From assembly GCA_018398765.1 (NCBI GenBank), contig JAHBMJ010000050.1:1-58985 (forward strand): 58,985 nt of DNA. Reading direction: 5' to 3'. Shown here piece after piece: positions 1 through 12,631 of the stretch (within the stretch, counting starts at the first letter, position 1; each line of letters starts with the position of its first letter). Source of the DNA: Chromera velia (Eukaryota). Made by a program: the position numbers and the translations under genes. The notes under the pieces are model-generated. The model was not told where the DNA came from. It saw nothing but the letters and a program-made list of their open reading frames with translations, and searched no databases.

Positions 1-1877
1 GGGGGGGAATGAGGTAGATGAATGAAGTCATGCGCGCTAGACCGGAAGTACAGGAGGGGAGAGAAATCTCCTGATCCTTTCCGTTCGTCATACACGCACG
101 AGGGAGACGGCAGTTGGGGTGGAGGAATGGTGAGACGGAGAAAGGAAGAAAAAGAGACAGGGAGGGAGTCTGAGGCATGCAGAGTTTAAACGAAGGACTA
201 CATGGAGGGAGGGGCACGGCAAGATAGATGAAAAGGGAGCGAAACACAGAAGAAGAAAGAAAGAAAAAAATAAACAGAAAAGACATGAAGAAAGGAAACG
301 ACTCCCTTTGGAATCGCAAACAGAAAGAAACCAGGAAAGACGGGAAGAATGAAAGAAGACATAAATCCACCGCAACTAGACAGGGTGACAGGTGCGCGAG
401 GAGGACGAAAAGAACTCAAAAACAGACGGGAAAGGGAAGGGAAACGAAAGGGGGCGGGGCGAAACAACATGGCAATTGAGTGAGTGGCTAGATCTTCATA
501 GAAAGGAAGAAAGAAACCCCACACAAGCGATAGGAAGAAGGAACGAAAGAACCAAAAATACCGAGAACACGAAAGAAAGAAAGAAACGCAAAAAGTGACA
601 GAGAGAGATTGGAGGACGACGCAGTTGCGACAGCCAGAAAGGGAGGCAGAGGGAGGGGGTTGAAAAGATTCGTTCAGCTGAGACGAGAGAGAAGTGGAGG
701 AATCCCTTCGCTTTTTTTCAGATACAAGCAAACTCAACTAAACGTGGACACAAGGGAGGAGGGCATAACACCGATTCGACACACCCACCGTTTCATGAGT
801 GGGTCACCCATTCATTCAAGCATTCATCCAATTCAACGAACACGAGCACTGGCCCAAACAGTCTGTCACCTATGGCATGGACATTCGAGTAACCTTCCCT
901 CCACTCTACTTTCTCTTTCCCCTTTCCCTTTCTCATTAAAGCTCTTCTTCTCTCTCACCCAGCTCGCTCTCCCCCCCAGAGACTGAAAGCCTTTGGGGGC
1001 CCCCAGCCCTGGTGGGGGCGTGCCGGGAAGGGAAGGGAAGGGAAGGGAAGGAGGGGTGCATGGATCCATCAGTGATGATGGACCTAGAGCGAAGGAGCGT
1101 GCGTGAGAGCGTGCATACACACACTGACTGACTGTCTATGTCCACTCTGCTAGTCAACAGATATGCATAAACACAAAGCAGAGAAGAAAAAACAGATACA
1201 TAGGCAGGGAGTGAGAGAGAGACAGATGGAGACAGAAAGATTATTTTCGTTCTAACCGTTAAACGCTGAGTCAGACAGGTCGAAATTCGGGGCTGCTTCA
1301 CCAAACCAAACCCCGCTTTTTTCTGAATGAAAACCATCATACATCAACGAACTCATCAACGAACGAACGAAGGCATCGACGATTCATCATCTGTCTCCTC
1401 TCCGCTCTCCCTCTCTCTCATTCTTTCTTTCTTTCTGGCGGACAATCCAAACCTCGTCCGACAGGAGCTCTAAACAGAGACAAAAACAGACAGACAGATA
1501 GAAAAAAGGACAGACAAAAACAGACATATAGACAGATAGAAAAAAGGAAAGACAGACAGACAGAAAGAGAAAGAAAGAGGAAGATGGTACGTCCAGTTCG
1601 AGTCGAATCCCTACCCCCTCCCTTGCCCTCCCTTTGGTTGCCTCTTTTGTTCCTTGTACTTGTCACTTCAATCCCTTCCCTGCCCTCTTTTTGTCTTGCA
1701 TACTCACTTCCTCTGTTCCTTTGTGCCCTTCTTTCTGCCTTTCCATAAATTAATTTGAGACAGTAAATGCTCTCGGTCTCTATCTGTCTGGATGCTTGCT
1801 TGTCTCTCTGCAGTCACTGTCCATGTTTTCACCTCTGCTTCTTCCCTGCCCGACTTGGACCTCGAGTCGACATGGAC

Positions 1878-2014
1878 GGTCAGACAGACAGACAGGCAGA
1901 CAGACAGACAGAGAGAAGAGACAGACAGACAGACAGACAGACAGACTATATGTTTCTTCAACAGACAGACAGACAGACAGACAGACAGAGAGAAGAGACA
2001 GACAGACAGAGAGA

Positions 2015-2047
<33 letters not shown>

Positions 2048-2223
2048 GAGAGAAGAGACAGACAGACAGACAGACAGAGAAGAGACAGACAGACAGACAG
2101 ACAGACAGACTATATGTTTCTTCAACAGACAGACAGACAGACAGACAGACAGAGAGAAGAGACAGACAGACAGACAGACAGACAGAGAGAGAAGAGACAG
2201 ACAGACAGACAGACAGAGAGAGA

Positions 2224-2260
<37 letters not shown>

Positions 2261-2266
2261 GAGAGA

Positions 2267-2299
<33 letters not shown>

Positions 2300-2397
2300 G
2301 AAGAGACAGACAGACAGAAAGACAGACAGACTATATGTTTCTTCAACAGACAGACAGACAGACAGAGAGAAGAGACAGACAGACAGACAGAGAGAGA

Positions 2398-2430
<33 letters not shown>

Positions 2431-2464
2431 GAGAGAAGAGACAGACAGACAGACAGACAGACAG
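1878..2464. repeat. Compound (GACA)n microsatellite with higher-order units
   Basis: Long GACA array interrupted by GAGAGAAGA units and by three copies of CTATATGTTTCTTCAA (about 1945, 2109, 2331). The long ORFs here are repeat artefacts. Confidence 0.95.
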
Positions 2465-2972
2465 GAGACAACGTATTGCACGTTTCCCCCCTTATGTTTC
2501 TTGATGATGGTTCTTTTTTTCCCGTCTCTCTCTCTGCTTTTTTGAATTACTTCAGGGAAAGAAAAGGGAAGAGGGCTGAAAGAAGGAAGGATAAGAGAGG
2601 AGTATGGAGCAGAGGATCGAAGGGAAGAATGAAGAAAGGGAGACTGCTAAGGTACAGAGAAAGAATTAAAGGAAGCAAGAATGGACTTCAGAGGGGGAAG
2701 GAAGAAGGATCTGATCTCCCTCCCCCCCTATTCTGATCATGCAGTCGCTTTCTCGCTCTTCCGTGCGATGGCAGGCTGATGATCTTTTTTTCCCTCCCTT
2801 TCCCCTGAATTCGCTCTCTCTCTTTTTGATTTTTCTCCATGAAAGAAAAGAAACTCAGGAGGGAAAAAGAAAGAACGACTTCCTTCCAGAAAGATCCGTA
2901 AACTCTCTCTGTTTGACCGCAGTCACTTCGAACCGCCAACCCATGCAGCACCTCCGTTCGGACCCCCCCCCC

Positions 2973-2997
2973 NNNNNNNNNNNNNNNNNNNNNNNNN
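2973..2997. other. Assembly gap (others at about 9425-9453 and 55907-55947)
   Basis: N runs, each adjoining a G or C homopolymer. Confidence 0.95.
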
Positions 2998-3447
2998 CCC
3001 CCCCTTTCCCACTCCTGACATCCCAAGTGAGTCTTCTTCCAACCAACCCAGTTGTTGATATCGTCCCTCCCCCCCCTCTCCCTTCCCTTCCCAGATGCCC
3101 ACCCAGACAGGGGAACAGCGAGTGAAGAAGTTTGAAGGAAGGCAGAAAGAAAAAGCCCGAATTGCCTTTCGCAATGGGCCGCAGTAGTCACCAAGAAGGA
3201 GTAGAGATCCTCCCGCCTTCCTGCATTCCCTCTCAACTCTGATGCCCCTCTTCTTTTGTTTTCTTCGTCTTCTTGCTTCTCAGTCAAACAGACTGACTGA
3301 CTGAGAACGCGATCGGCGAACTAGTAGACAGAGAACTCAAAGACAACGACAGAACCAACGGCAGAAGAGACCCACAGACAGGCAGACAAACAGGCAGAAA
3401 AAGAGAGAAAGAGAAAGCCCCCAACAATTGATCGATCCATCAATCGC

Positions 3448-5459
3448 TTAGATCGGCAAGTGCTTCCCGACGCTCATCCCGATCACTGCAGCGCTGACGA
3501 TGCGATCGAGCAGACCGTTCTGCTGTCTCAGGTCGTCTCTCACATCGTTTGCATGGCTAACCCTCTCGAGTGTCTCGGCGACTCGCACCAGCTCATCCAC
3601 CCACTCATTCATCACAGGCGACCCCCCATGCGCACTGCCACCCGGACCCTCAGCAGGATCTGATGTGTGCATGCCCAGAGGATGGTGGTGGGCGGGTTGG
3701 CCCGCGTGAAGAGCCCCCCCTGCACCCCTCGGTGCGTTTGGGTAGAGGCCCCCCCTTGTGAGGGGACGGGGAGGGGAGGGGGGCAGGGCGTCTCCAAGGA
3801 AGTCTGCATGTATGGAAGGATAAATAAATATGCGCATGCATACACGAACATCAAAGGAAAGAAGGCAGGCAGGCAGGAAGGAGAAAATGGAAGAACATGT
3901 CCATGTCTTAACAAGTCTCTTCTGACATATCATCGCTTCATTTCAGTTCTCTAACACAACCGACCGGCAAACCAGCACATCAACGGCACACCAATCTCTC
4001 CTTCCCGCACGCCCACACACACAAACAAACAAAACATGCACCACCAAACTTCCCGACCGACAACACGGACCGTTGACGAGGATACCATTGTCGGGGTTAA
4101 GAAGGAACGAGAGCACGTTGTTGTCCACCAGCACGATCCGATTAAGTTGGTGTCTGCCTTCAAACTTCGAGAGGTCCTTCAAGTACACAGACTGACCGTC
4201 GCCTCCCAGTCTGCAGAAGTAATAGATTGATACATGCACCCGCCCATTCACAGTTGATATTCGAGAATCCAAATTTCTACTGAGGTCGTCCGCGTATAGC
4301 TGCCGCATCTCAAAAGAAAACAGAAAGAAAAAGAAAACGTCACGATAGCACAGAAACTCACGCCTCCTCCTGCCTACGAGCTTGCCTGCCTGCCCACCTG
4401 AGGTTATGGGGTCTGCAGTCTTGTCTGTACAGTCTCCTCTCCCTTGGGATCAACCTCTCGGCAGGGTCCAGAAGGGACAGAATCGCGTCTGCGTACTCTT
4501 GAGTGCCGGCTGCGTTTCATGGTTACGCATATCAGGTGTGAACCGTGACGGAAGACACACAAACAAATGGCAGCAAAACGAAAGACACCCCAGAGGAACG
4601 AGAGAAACGCGGATAAGCCTGGTAGCCGTGCAACATGAAAGGAAGCAAGTGAGAAAAGTACCCAGGCCCTTCCTTCGTTCCTCTATAAAAACACTCGAAC
4701 GAACAGGATCGCGAGAACGAAGAAGAAAATGTTTCTCATGTGTTGACACGTACAGAGATCGAAAGGCAGTTCTCCCACCCCCCCGATGCATTCCCGCTCC
4801 TCTCCTGTTTCCTCACCTGTATACAGAGCGAGATCATAGTTAGCCGCAGCCCAATGGAGCAGCTCGTCGACTCCAGGCCGCTTCCAGCCGACAATCGGGG
4901 TCCCAGGCCCCGGCATGCCCCTGTTCTCGGACCCCGGCAACACGATTCTGAAGTCGGGTTCTCTGGCGAAGGATGAGGAGGCGCCGGAGGAGGAAGAGGA
5001 GGAGCTGCTGCTGGACGCCCCCTCCCCCCCCACCTGTTTGCAGTGCACGAGGGTCTCATCCAAGTCGAAGACCACCAGGAGTCTGTCTCTCTGGAGGCTT
5101 GGACGGGTCTGGAAGAAGGGGAAGTGGGCCTTCACAGGGTGGTGTACTGATGCATGGGGAAAGGGGTCCTCGAAGGCCCCGGCATGTCTGGGCACATGGG
5201 GGTTGGCCTTTCCTGGGTGAGGAAGAGGCTCTGCTGTTTGATGATGGGCTGGTTGAGCACTGAGAGAGGCAAATGAACGGCTCTGTTCGGACTGTGCAGA
5301 GGAGGAAGATGAAGCATAGAAGCGTCGAGCATTGATCTCAAGTCTCGCCCGTAGTCCTGCTGATGCTGTCACCTGTCCCTGCAGACTCCTGCAGAGGCGC
5401 ACACCGGCTTGCGGCTTTTGGGAGTGGAGGGACACCAGAGCACGTCTGAAGGATTTCAT
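3448..5459 (-). CDS. NIF/FCP1-SCP-like HAD phosphatase with a probable mitochondrial presequence (4 exons)
   Basis: Exons 5459-4817, 4509-4398, 4210-4071 and 3803-3448 join in frame across GT-AG introns. Motifs: VVFDLDETLVH, KRPGVDELL, YTAGTQEYADAIL, RLYRQDC, YLKDLS, IVLVDNN, NPDNGI. The N-terminus is Arg/Ser-rich (MKSFRRALV...ARRFYASS). Confidence 0.88.
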
Positions 5460-6127
5460 TGATCGCGCCCGCGGTGACGGACGGATGAAGGGAACAAAAC
5501 TTGAAGGAAACAGAAAGAGTGCAGATTCAAGTTACGCCCCAAAGAGATTAACCGATCGATCGCACGGCTCTGTCAGTAGCCCTGCAAAAGTTGGCAATCT
5601 CACGTTCAGTCAATGCGTCTACATGTATAGTTGGGAAAGTAATCAGCAGCTTTCAGGCGTTACCACCCCGTTCTTGGCCGTTTTTTCACCGAAAACGGCA
5701 GTAATTCTTATCAAATCAGTCCGAAAGAAGAAAGCTGCACCCGCGAATCTCAATCTCAGCAACTTCATGTGACACTTCACCCTTTCGTCCTCATTCTCCC
5801 GTCGTGGAGAGGAGACGTCGGAACAGACAGAGCAGTTGATACGTACACGAAGAATAAAAAAGATCTGCCTGGAGCGCTTCGCGCAGTTCTGTACATTTTC
5901 TCGACCGCCGCGCGTGCAATTCTGAGTGAGATAATTTCGTTGCGTGACGGATGAGCGGCCCCTCAAAATCTGAAGCCGGCCGTCTCCAAGAAACACTGCC
6001 AAAGAGAGACTGACAACCTCTCTCTCTGACAATTGTGAGGTCACAAGCTCTCAAATGATTGGAAAGGAGAGACGAAGAAACAGAAAGACACAAGCAGGTG
6101 AGAAGGAAGGCAGGAAAGAAGGACACA

Positions 6128-9100
6128 ATGAAGTTCACGATCGTCGCTACCATCTTCGCGAGTGCCAATGCAGGCCTTGCCAACCTGCGCGGGCGTCAGT
6201 CTGCTTTCGTCCTTCCTGGCGGTGTCTCTGGTCCTTCTTCCCACAGAGATGGCCCTGCCACTCTTTTGGAGGCTTTGAAGGCTCTGGAGAAGCCTGTGGT
6301 CGTCGGTCTGGCTGCCGACTCCGGATGCGGCAAGACGACTTTCATGAGAAGAATCGCATCCGTAAGTCCAAAAGACGAGAGACGAGGGGACCTCGCTCCA
6401 AATACGTGTGTACGGACATTTCTTGCGTCTTTGTTTCGTGCGATACTTCATATACAGCTTCTTCCTCCTTCTCCTGGTTCTTTTCCTTCTCCGAATTTGC
6501 ATTCGAGGCATACCCTGGAGGTACTGCAAGCACATGGATTGACTGACGTCTCCCTCTACAATTCGTTTCCGTCTCTCCGTCTCATCAGCCCACAGCTTCC
6601 CCCAACAGGGCGTGTGTCGATACGAGCGCGTTGGAATCCACCTTTCATCGTGACCTCTGCCTCCTTTCTTCTGCCTTCTTCACCTGCATGATGGTGGCAT
6701 CATCCGTCGCAGATTCTGGAAGGCGAGCTGAAGCCCAACCCCCTGATCAACAACCCGAAGACAAACGACGAGACCAACACACAGGTCTCCGATCTCCTCA
6801 CGACCATCTGCCTGGATGACTACCACAAACTCGACCGGTGGGTGCACCGCCCCGGATCTCGTTGTTCCATCGCGAGCCAGTTGCTCTGATTCCTTTTTTA
6901 CGTGCCTTCATGTCGGTCTTTCTGTTTGCCCATCTATCTCTCTGGTTTCGCTGCGTGCAGCAAAGGGAGAGCAGAGACTGGTCTGTCTGCCCTCCACCCT
7001 GACGCAAACGATTTTGTCACCATGGAGAAGCAGGTGAGTGGGGCCTTCGGAGAATGAAAAAAAACGCTTTCACGCAACTTATTTGTGCGGTCTTCTGTTT
7101 CATTGCCTAATTCATTCGCATGCATTCACTCGTTGGTTCACTGCGACCCGATATGCGTCAATGCGGGAAAAAATAAAAGACCCCCCTGTGACAGGTGCGG
7201 CTGTCCAGAGGAGCAACCACCATCTACCCATCGTTCTGAGCGAACTTGCATGCTCCTTTCAGCTCCCCTCTGACCTCTGGCGATTTTCCTTTCCTTTATG
7301 TTTCCCCGTCTGTTCTTTTGTTGTTTCCCATGTCTGCTCTTTCCGCTGCAAAATTCTCTGTGTGTGCACTCAGACTGATATTCTGAATGTGTACCTCCAT
7401 GACCCAATTAATTTTCAGAGAACGTCACGTGAGTTTGTTCGATGTCCATACTTTTTGAAACGTTTTGATCTTCGCATTTTTATTTTTATTTGTTTCTCTC
7501 TGTTCGTGTGCCCGCTTCCCCTCTCCCTTCTCCCCTCTGCCTCCCCCTCGCTACAATCATTCACGCAGGTGAAGATGGTCAAGACTGAAGCTCCCAAGAC
7601 TTTCGACAAAGTCATCTACAATCACGTCACAGGTCGGTTCATCATCATGCCGGACTGCAGGTTTTATGTTCTGTCAGCCTTGAAAGACACATGGCCTCTA
7701 AGTGCTGTGTTCTGCATTCTATGTCTCCCTTTCAACTGACAGAGAAATTGAGAGCCTGACCGACTGACTGGATCATCGGTGTCACCCTCCTGTCCGGACG
7801 GACTAGATGGATGGTTTTCTTATCATACTTACTTGTCTGCTCTATCTATCTGTTTCTTACTTCCTTGACGTGCTTGTGTGTCCATCCCTCCTCGTGTTTT
7901 CTTCTTCAGGAGAGATCGATGCCGCAGAGCCTGTCGAGTTGACCGACCTGATGATCTTCGAGGGACTTCACCCCATGTTTGCAGAGGGAGTCAGGTAGGT
8001 CGGTCGGTCTGTTGTATGTACAGTAGAGGTTTTGTGTGTCTGCCTGTCTTTTTGTCTTCCTGCCTGCCTGCCTATCTGTCTGTCTATCTGCATGTCTCAG
8101 GAGATCTGTGTTTTGACATGCGGTCCCTGTTCTCGAGGTTCTTACTCCCCCGTATCCTGTCTATGTCTTCATTCATGCTCATCCTCATCGTTCATACTCG
8201 TTTCTTCACTTTCCTTCCTTCACTGCTTGTTTGTATCCGTGTGTCCTTTTCTCTTGTCGGCTTCCTTGGTGTGTGTGCAGGCAAACTCTTGACTACGCCA
8301 TCTACCTGGACGTGGTTGACGATGTGAAGTTCGCCTGGAAGATCCAGAGAGATCATGAGGAGAGAGGACACTCCATCGAGTCCATCAAAAAGGTCAGTCA
8401 GTCAAGCAATGAAGCAATGAAGCATGGCCATGCGTACATGGATCGATCGAGGGAAGGAATGATTTGGTCAGACGCGCAAGCAAAAAGATGTAATTTCGAT
8501 GATGAATATCTCAGGCGGATTGCCGACTCTTTTGTATGGTGATGAGTCAAAGGGGAGGGAGAGAGATGCTCAAGCAGAAACTTGCAGAAGGCTTGAGGCT
8601 GGGAGCAAAAGAGCCAGAAGCGAACCCGTGAAAGGCGGCAGGAAGCTTCTCTGTGCAAGACCATAAAGTCTATCGTGCAGCAAACAGCAATCCCCCCCTT
8701 TCCTTTCCGCCTTTCTCTCTCTCTCTCCATCTTTCCCCTCCGTCCATGCAGTCGATCGAGGGCAGAAAGCCCGACTTCTCTGCCTACATCGAGCCTCAGA
8801 AGAGCAAGGCCGACGTGGTCTGTCAGATCCTGCCCTCTGACGTTTTCCCTGGCAACGCCAACAAGGGAAGAGACCTCAGAGTCAGACTGATCACCATCAC
8901 ACCCAACAAGGCAAAGGGACACCCCGACCCCTTCACTATCCCCGACATGGAGATCTTCAACGCTGATAAGTCTGGTCGGTCGGTCGGTGCCTTCGTACAT
9001 GGCTTCGTGTGAAGGACTGTGTGTAGGTCTAGTTTCTGTCCTTTGATCAACAAGAAACAAGCAGCGGATTGGCTCCTTAGTCTGCTGTCATTGTGATGGC

Positions 9101-10615
9101 CTTTGTCGTTGTTGTCTCCATTCGTGAATAGTCGGAGGAAGGGAAGGCTTCTTCGTGCACTTTGTCCTTTTCCTTTCCTTTCGGGGCTTTCTTCGTTCTT
9201 GCCGTCCTTTCTTTCTGTCCGTCTGTCTGTCTTCCTTTTCGACGTTCCGTTCTTTCTTTGTTTTCTTCGTTTCTTCGTGTGCTTGCATTTCTGTGTAGAC
9301 TTTTTCCTTCCGTTTCTTTCTTCCGCGTCTTCGTGTATTGCAGAGGGTTTCGTCGTGAAGAGCTACAAGGAGTCTTGGATGGGCAAGGTGAGTGAGGAAG
9401 GCCCCGAGGGAGAGGGGGGGGGGGNNNNNNNNNNNNNNNNNNNNNNNNNNNNNTTTGGGTGGGGGGGTCGGGGGATCCGGACTGTTTGATTGTTCGGAGG
9501 CAGGCTGCCTCTTTGTCCTCTTCGTGTCCCTGACCAAACCTCTTGCGCACCCCTGCCTCATATCTCGAGTGCGTGTGTCTATCTATCTGCAGGATGCTGA
9601 TGTGATTGACATCGATGGAGGATCGACTGACATCAACATGCTCCTCCAGATTGTCGACAAGGTTGGTTTGTCGGCTTCTTTTTCTGTCTGCATGCATGTC
9701 GTGCTACTCTCTCAACTGTGACAAGTTTCTCGCTACATAGGAAAAGGAGCCAGCCAAAAGAACCTGGGTGCGTCTGTTGGCCTTGCTGCCTGCGTGATAG
9801 CGATTCTTCATTCTGTGCCAAGGCACCGTCCGGTGTTTTTTTTATTGAACCAGAGGAGAGGGTGATTCTGTTGCGGCTGTTTCGCGGCAACAGAGTGAGT
9901 CTTCGTCGTCTTCTTTTTCTATTTCTCTCCTGCAGGAAGGACTCTTTGAGGTACGGGGCGGACAAATGAACGCGTCGATTGGTATAAGTCTTTTCTCTTT
10001 TCTTCTTCCTCTGTGCAGCTCGGGAACATCTCCGAGAAGGCCCGTGCCCGCGTGAAGGAGGGACTGACAAAGTTTGCAGACGCTCCAGGCAGCACCAACG
10101 CGTCAGGACTTCTCCAGACGCTCCTCGGGGCCATGATCGTCAAGGTTGGTCACAGAGAGAGAGAGAAGAGGGGGGTGGTACGGTCACGGGAGAGGAACTT
10201 TGCTGATTGGTGTGTGGGCGATAGAGAGAGAGAGAGAGACAGAGAGAGAGAGACATGCACTCAGAGGTTGCTTATCTGTAAGAGTGGGAGAGAGGGCAGG
10301 ATGTGGGCCTGCCCTTCCTTCCCTCTGCATGGCTTTCTTTGCGAATTTGAATGCTGCTGCACAGTTCGTGTGTACATGTACACGTTGACGAGTGTACGGA
10401 AGGAAGCTTCTTCCTCTGACGGATCGACAACGAAGGAGGGGAGGGAGCAGCGGGGAGAAAACAAACAACAAAAAAAAGAGAAAAAGAAAGTCCTGCATGC
10501 CCTCCTTTTCCCCCGTCCTTTTGTGTACTGTTTAAAAATATTATGTGTACATATGTGTATTTGCCTGCAGGTGTACGACAACACACACGGAAAGGCCGAT
10601 GCAGCAATTCTCTAA
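6128..10615 (+). CDS. PRK: Plastid-targeted phosphoribulokinase (11 exons)
   Basis: Exons about 6128-6361, 6713-6837, 6961-7033, 7569-7632, 7910-7994, 8281-8392, 8752-8974, 9344-9387, 9593-9661, 10019-10145, 10571-10615. Motifs: VGLAADSGCGKTTFMRR, ICLDDYH, IYNHVTG, EGLHPM, KFAWKIQRD, RKPDFSAYIEPQK. The leader is a signal peptide plus SAF (MKFTIVATIFASANAGLANLRGRQSAFV). Confidence 0.95.
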
Positions 10616-12178
10616 GCGCATATGGCGATCCCTGCAGAGAGAGAGAACACACAGGCTCTCTTCTCTTTGCCCGAAAAGAATCCGGGGGGGGGGACTGTCT
10701 GACTGACCGGAGAACAAAGTCGTTTGATGGACAGCAGTTCCTTCCGGCGAGTGTTAGAACTTTGTTGGCGTCTTTTCTTTCTTTCCTTCTTCCTCCCTTT
10801 CCTCTCCTCCTTCATCCTTCTCTCAATTCTTTCTTGAAGTTCTCTCTTTGTTTCTGTGTCTGTCTTTAGATTCGTCCCCAACGAGATCAAATCGAATCGA
10901 ATCGCAGTGTGCATGCTGTTCGCAGTAGCATTGTGCGCTTTTAGTAGTAAACGATCTGTCTGTTTGTTTTGTCTTCTGTCAGTATTTGACAACGACACGC
11001 AGGTAGGCAGTAAGAATCCCCCCTCCCCTCTTCCCTTTTCCGTTCGTTTCCCCTCGCTGCGAGGACTTTCTTCATTCTGTTTTTGAGCGTGGAGTGGTCC
11101 CTAGCTTTGGCCGCTTGGATTTTTTTGGTTTCCTTCAATGGCTTTTTTTTGGTGCATGTCTTCTTGAACTAACAGTCTTTTTGTTCCACCCTCTGTTCTT
11201 AGAAAAACAATTGATGAGAGGCAGCCATGCAGCCTGTGTTCCTCTTTGAAGTGAAGGAAGAAGAGCGAAGAAGTTCTTAATAGTAGCACGCTGGTATGAC
11301 GATCGAAGGATTCTATGAGGCAAGACAGGAAGACAGTCAGAGAGAAAAAGAGAGGCCAAGAAAATTGTCAGAGAGAAGGCCGTTTTTCAAAACAAAGAGC
11401 GAAAGAAAGAAAGAATTCAAGTTTCAGGAAGCATACACGGAAACGAAGAATGGAGAGATTCTTCTAATCGATCATTCAGGCGGTCGGTCGAAGACACTCG
11501 ATCTGACTTGGTGATGAGACCAAAAACAAAGAACTCAACACACATCCACAGACACATTCCAGTCGATACACAGCGTGTAGAAGGACTTTATGCACTCAGC
11601 CACCGATAAGACACTCACATTCCTCATGCCCTAGAACCAGAAACACGGCGTCACTCTCGCACGTGCGCGGGTGGATGCACACGGCAAGCATGTATGCGGA
11701 CTTGAGCAGGCAGGCTGGTTCGACAGCAGGGTAGGCTGCATGCGCGATCGAGGGTGGGCTGAGCTCGGGCAAACGATTGAGCGTGACCCACCTCGCAGTC
11801 GTGCACACGCCCAGCTAGTTTCGGTGCAGCCAGATCAAAAGATGCAGTCGATCGAGGCGCACTCTGTGATGGTCACGCTAATGGTCACGTCAGCCGGTCC
11901 CCGTCCGCCCGTTTTGCCTGTGCTGATGCCGTGCAGCACTGTTTTGTAATTTTTGAAGGCAAACCTTTTAAACATACTAAGACGGTAGTAATACCGTGAC
12001 AAAGTGTTGTGACCTATATAATGAACTCGAAAAACACCAGGAAAAATATTTTTAAATCTAGTTTTAAATGCATTAAAATTAACTGAAATTCATCTCTTAA
12101 AATTACAGACTTAAATTCAAGTTCATTAACAATTATAATTAAATTTATTTTCTAGTTTATTTTAAATTTATAGTGTTA

Positions 12179-12631
12179 CCCTGCAAGGATCTAGGAATTA
12201 AGACAGGAATTTAGACAGCTAGGAATTTAGAGGAATTTAGACAGGAATTTAGAGGAATTTAGTTAGGAATCTAAAGGAATTTAAAGACAGGAATTTAGAG
12301 GAATTTAGTTAGGAATCTAAAGGAATTTAAAGACAGGAATTTAGAGGAATTTAGTAATTTTTGGGAGTCGATTTCTCATAAACTATGATAAGTTAGAATT
12401 TGATATTAACGGTGCTTATAGGTCTAATATACGTCTATAAACATTGTTAATATCAAGCTCTAACTCATCATAGTTCATAAGAAATTGACCTCCAAAGATC
12501 TCCAAAGTTTAGGAATTTAGAGGTTTAAATTCCTTTAGATTCCTAGCTAAATTCCTCTAAATTCCTCTAAATTCCTGTCTAAATTCTTCTAATTTATAAA
12601 TTCCTGTCTAAATTCTTAGGTCTTTGCAGGG
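12179..12631. mobile_element. Foldback/MITE-type non-autonomous DNA transposon, about 453 bp
   Basis: Starts CCCTGCAAGGATCTAGGAATT and ends AATTCTTAGGTCTTTGCAGGG, with TA on both sides. It has subterminal GGAATTTAGA repeats and an inner palindrome 12361-12495. Confidence 0.85.

Noticed and set aside
1767..2736. Long ORFs of RQTD repeats in three frames
   Set aside because: They are translations of a stop-free (GACA)n microsatellite.
1..3400. Possible exons of another gene (e.g. 1814-1878 on +, 3120-3290 on -)
   Set aside because: No recognisable domain and no consistent splice chain; probably UTR or intron of a gene outside the window.
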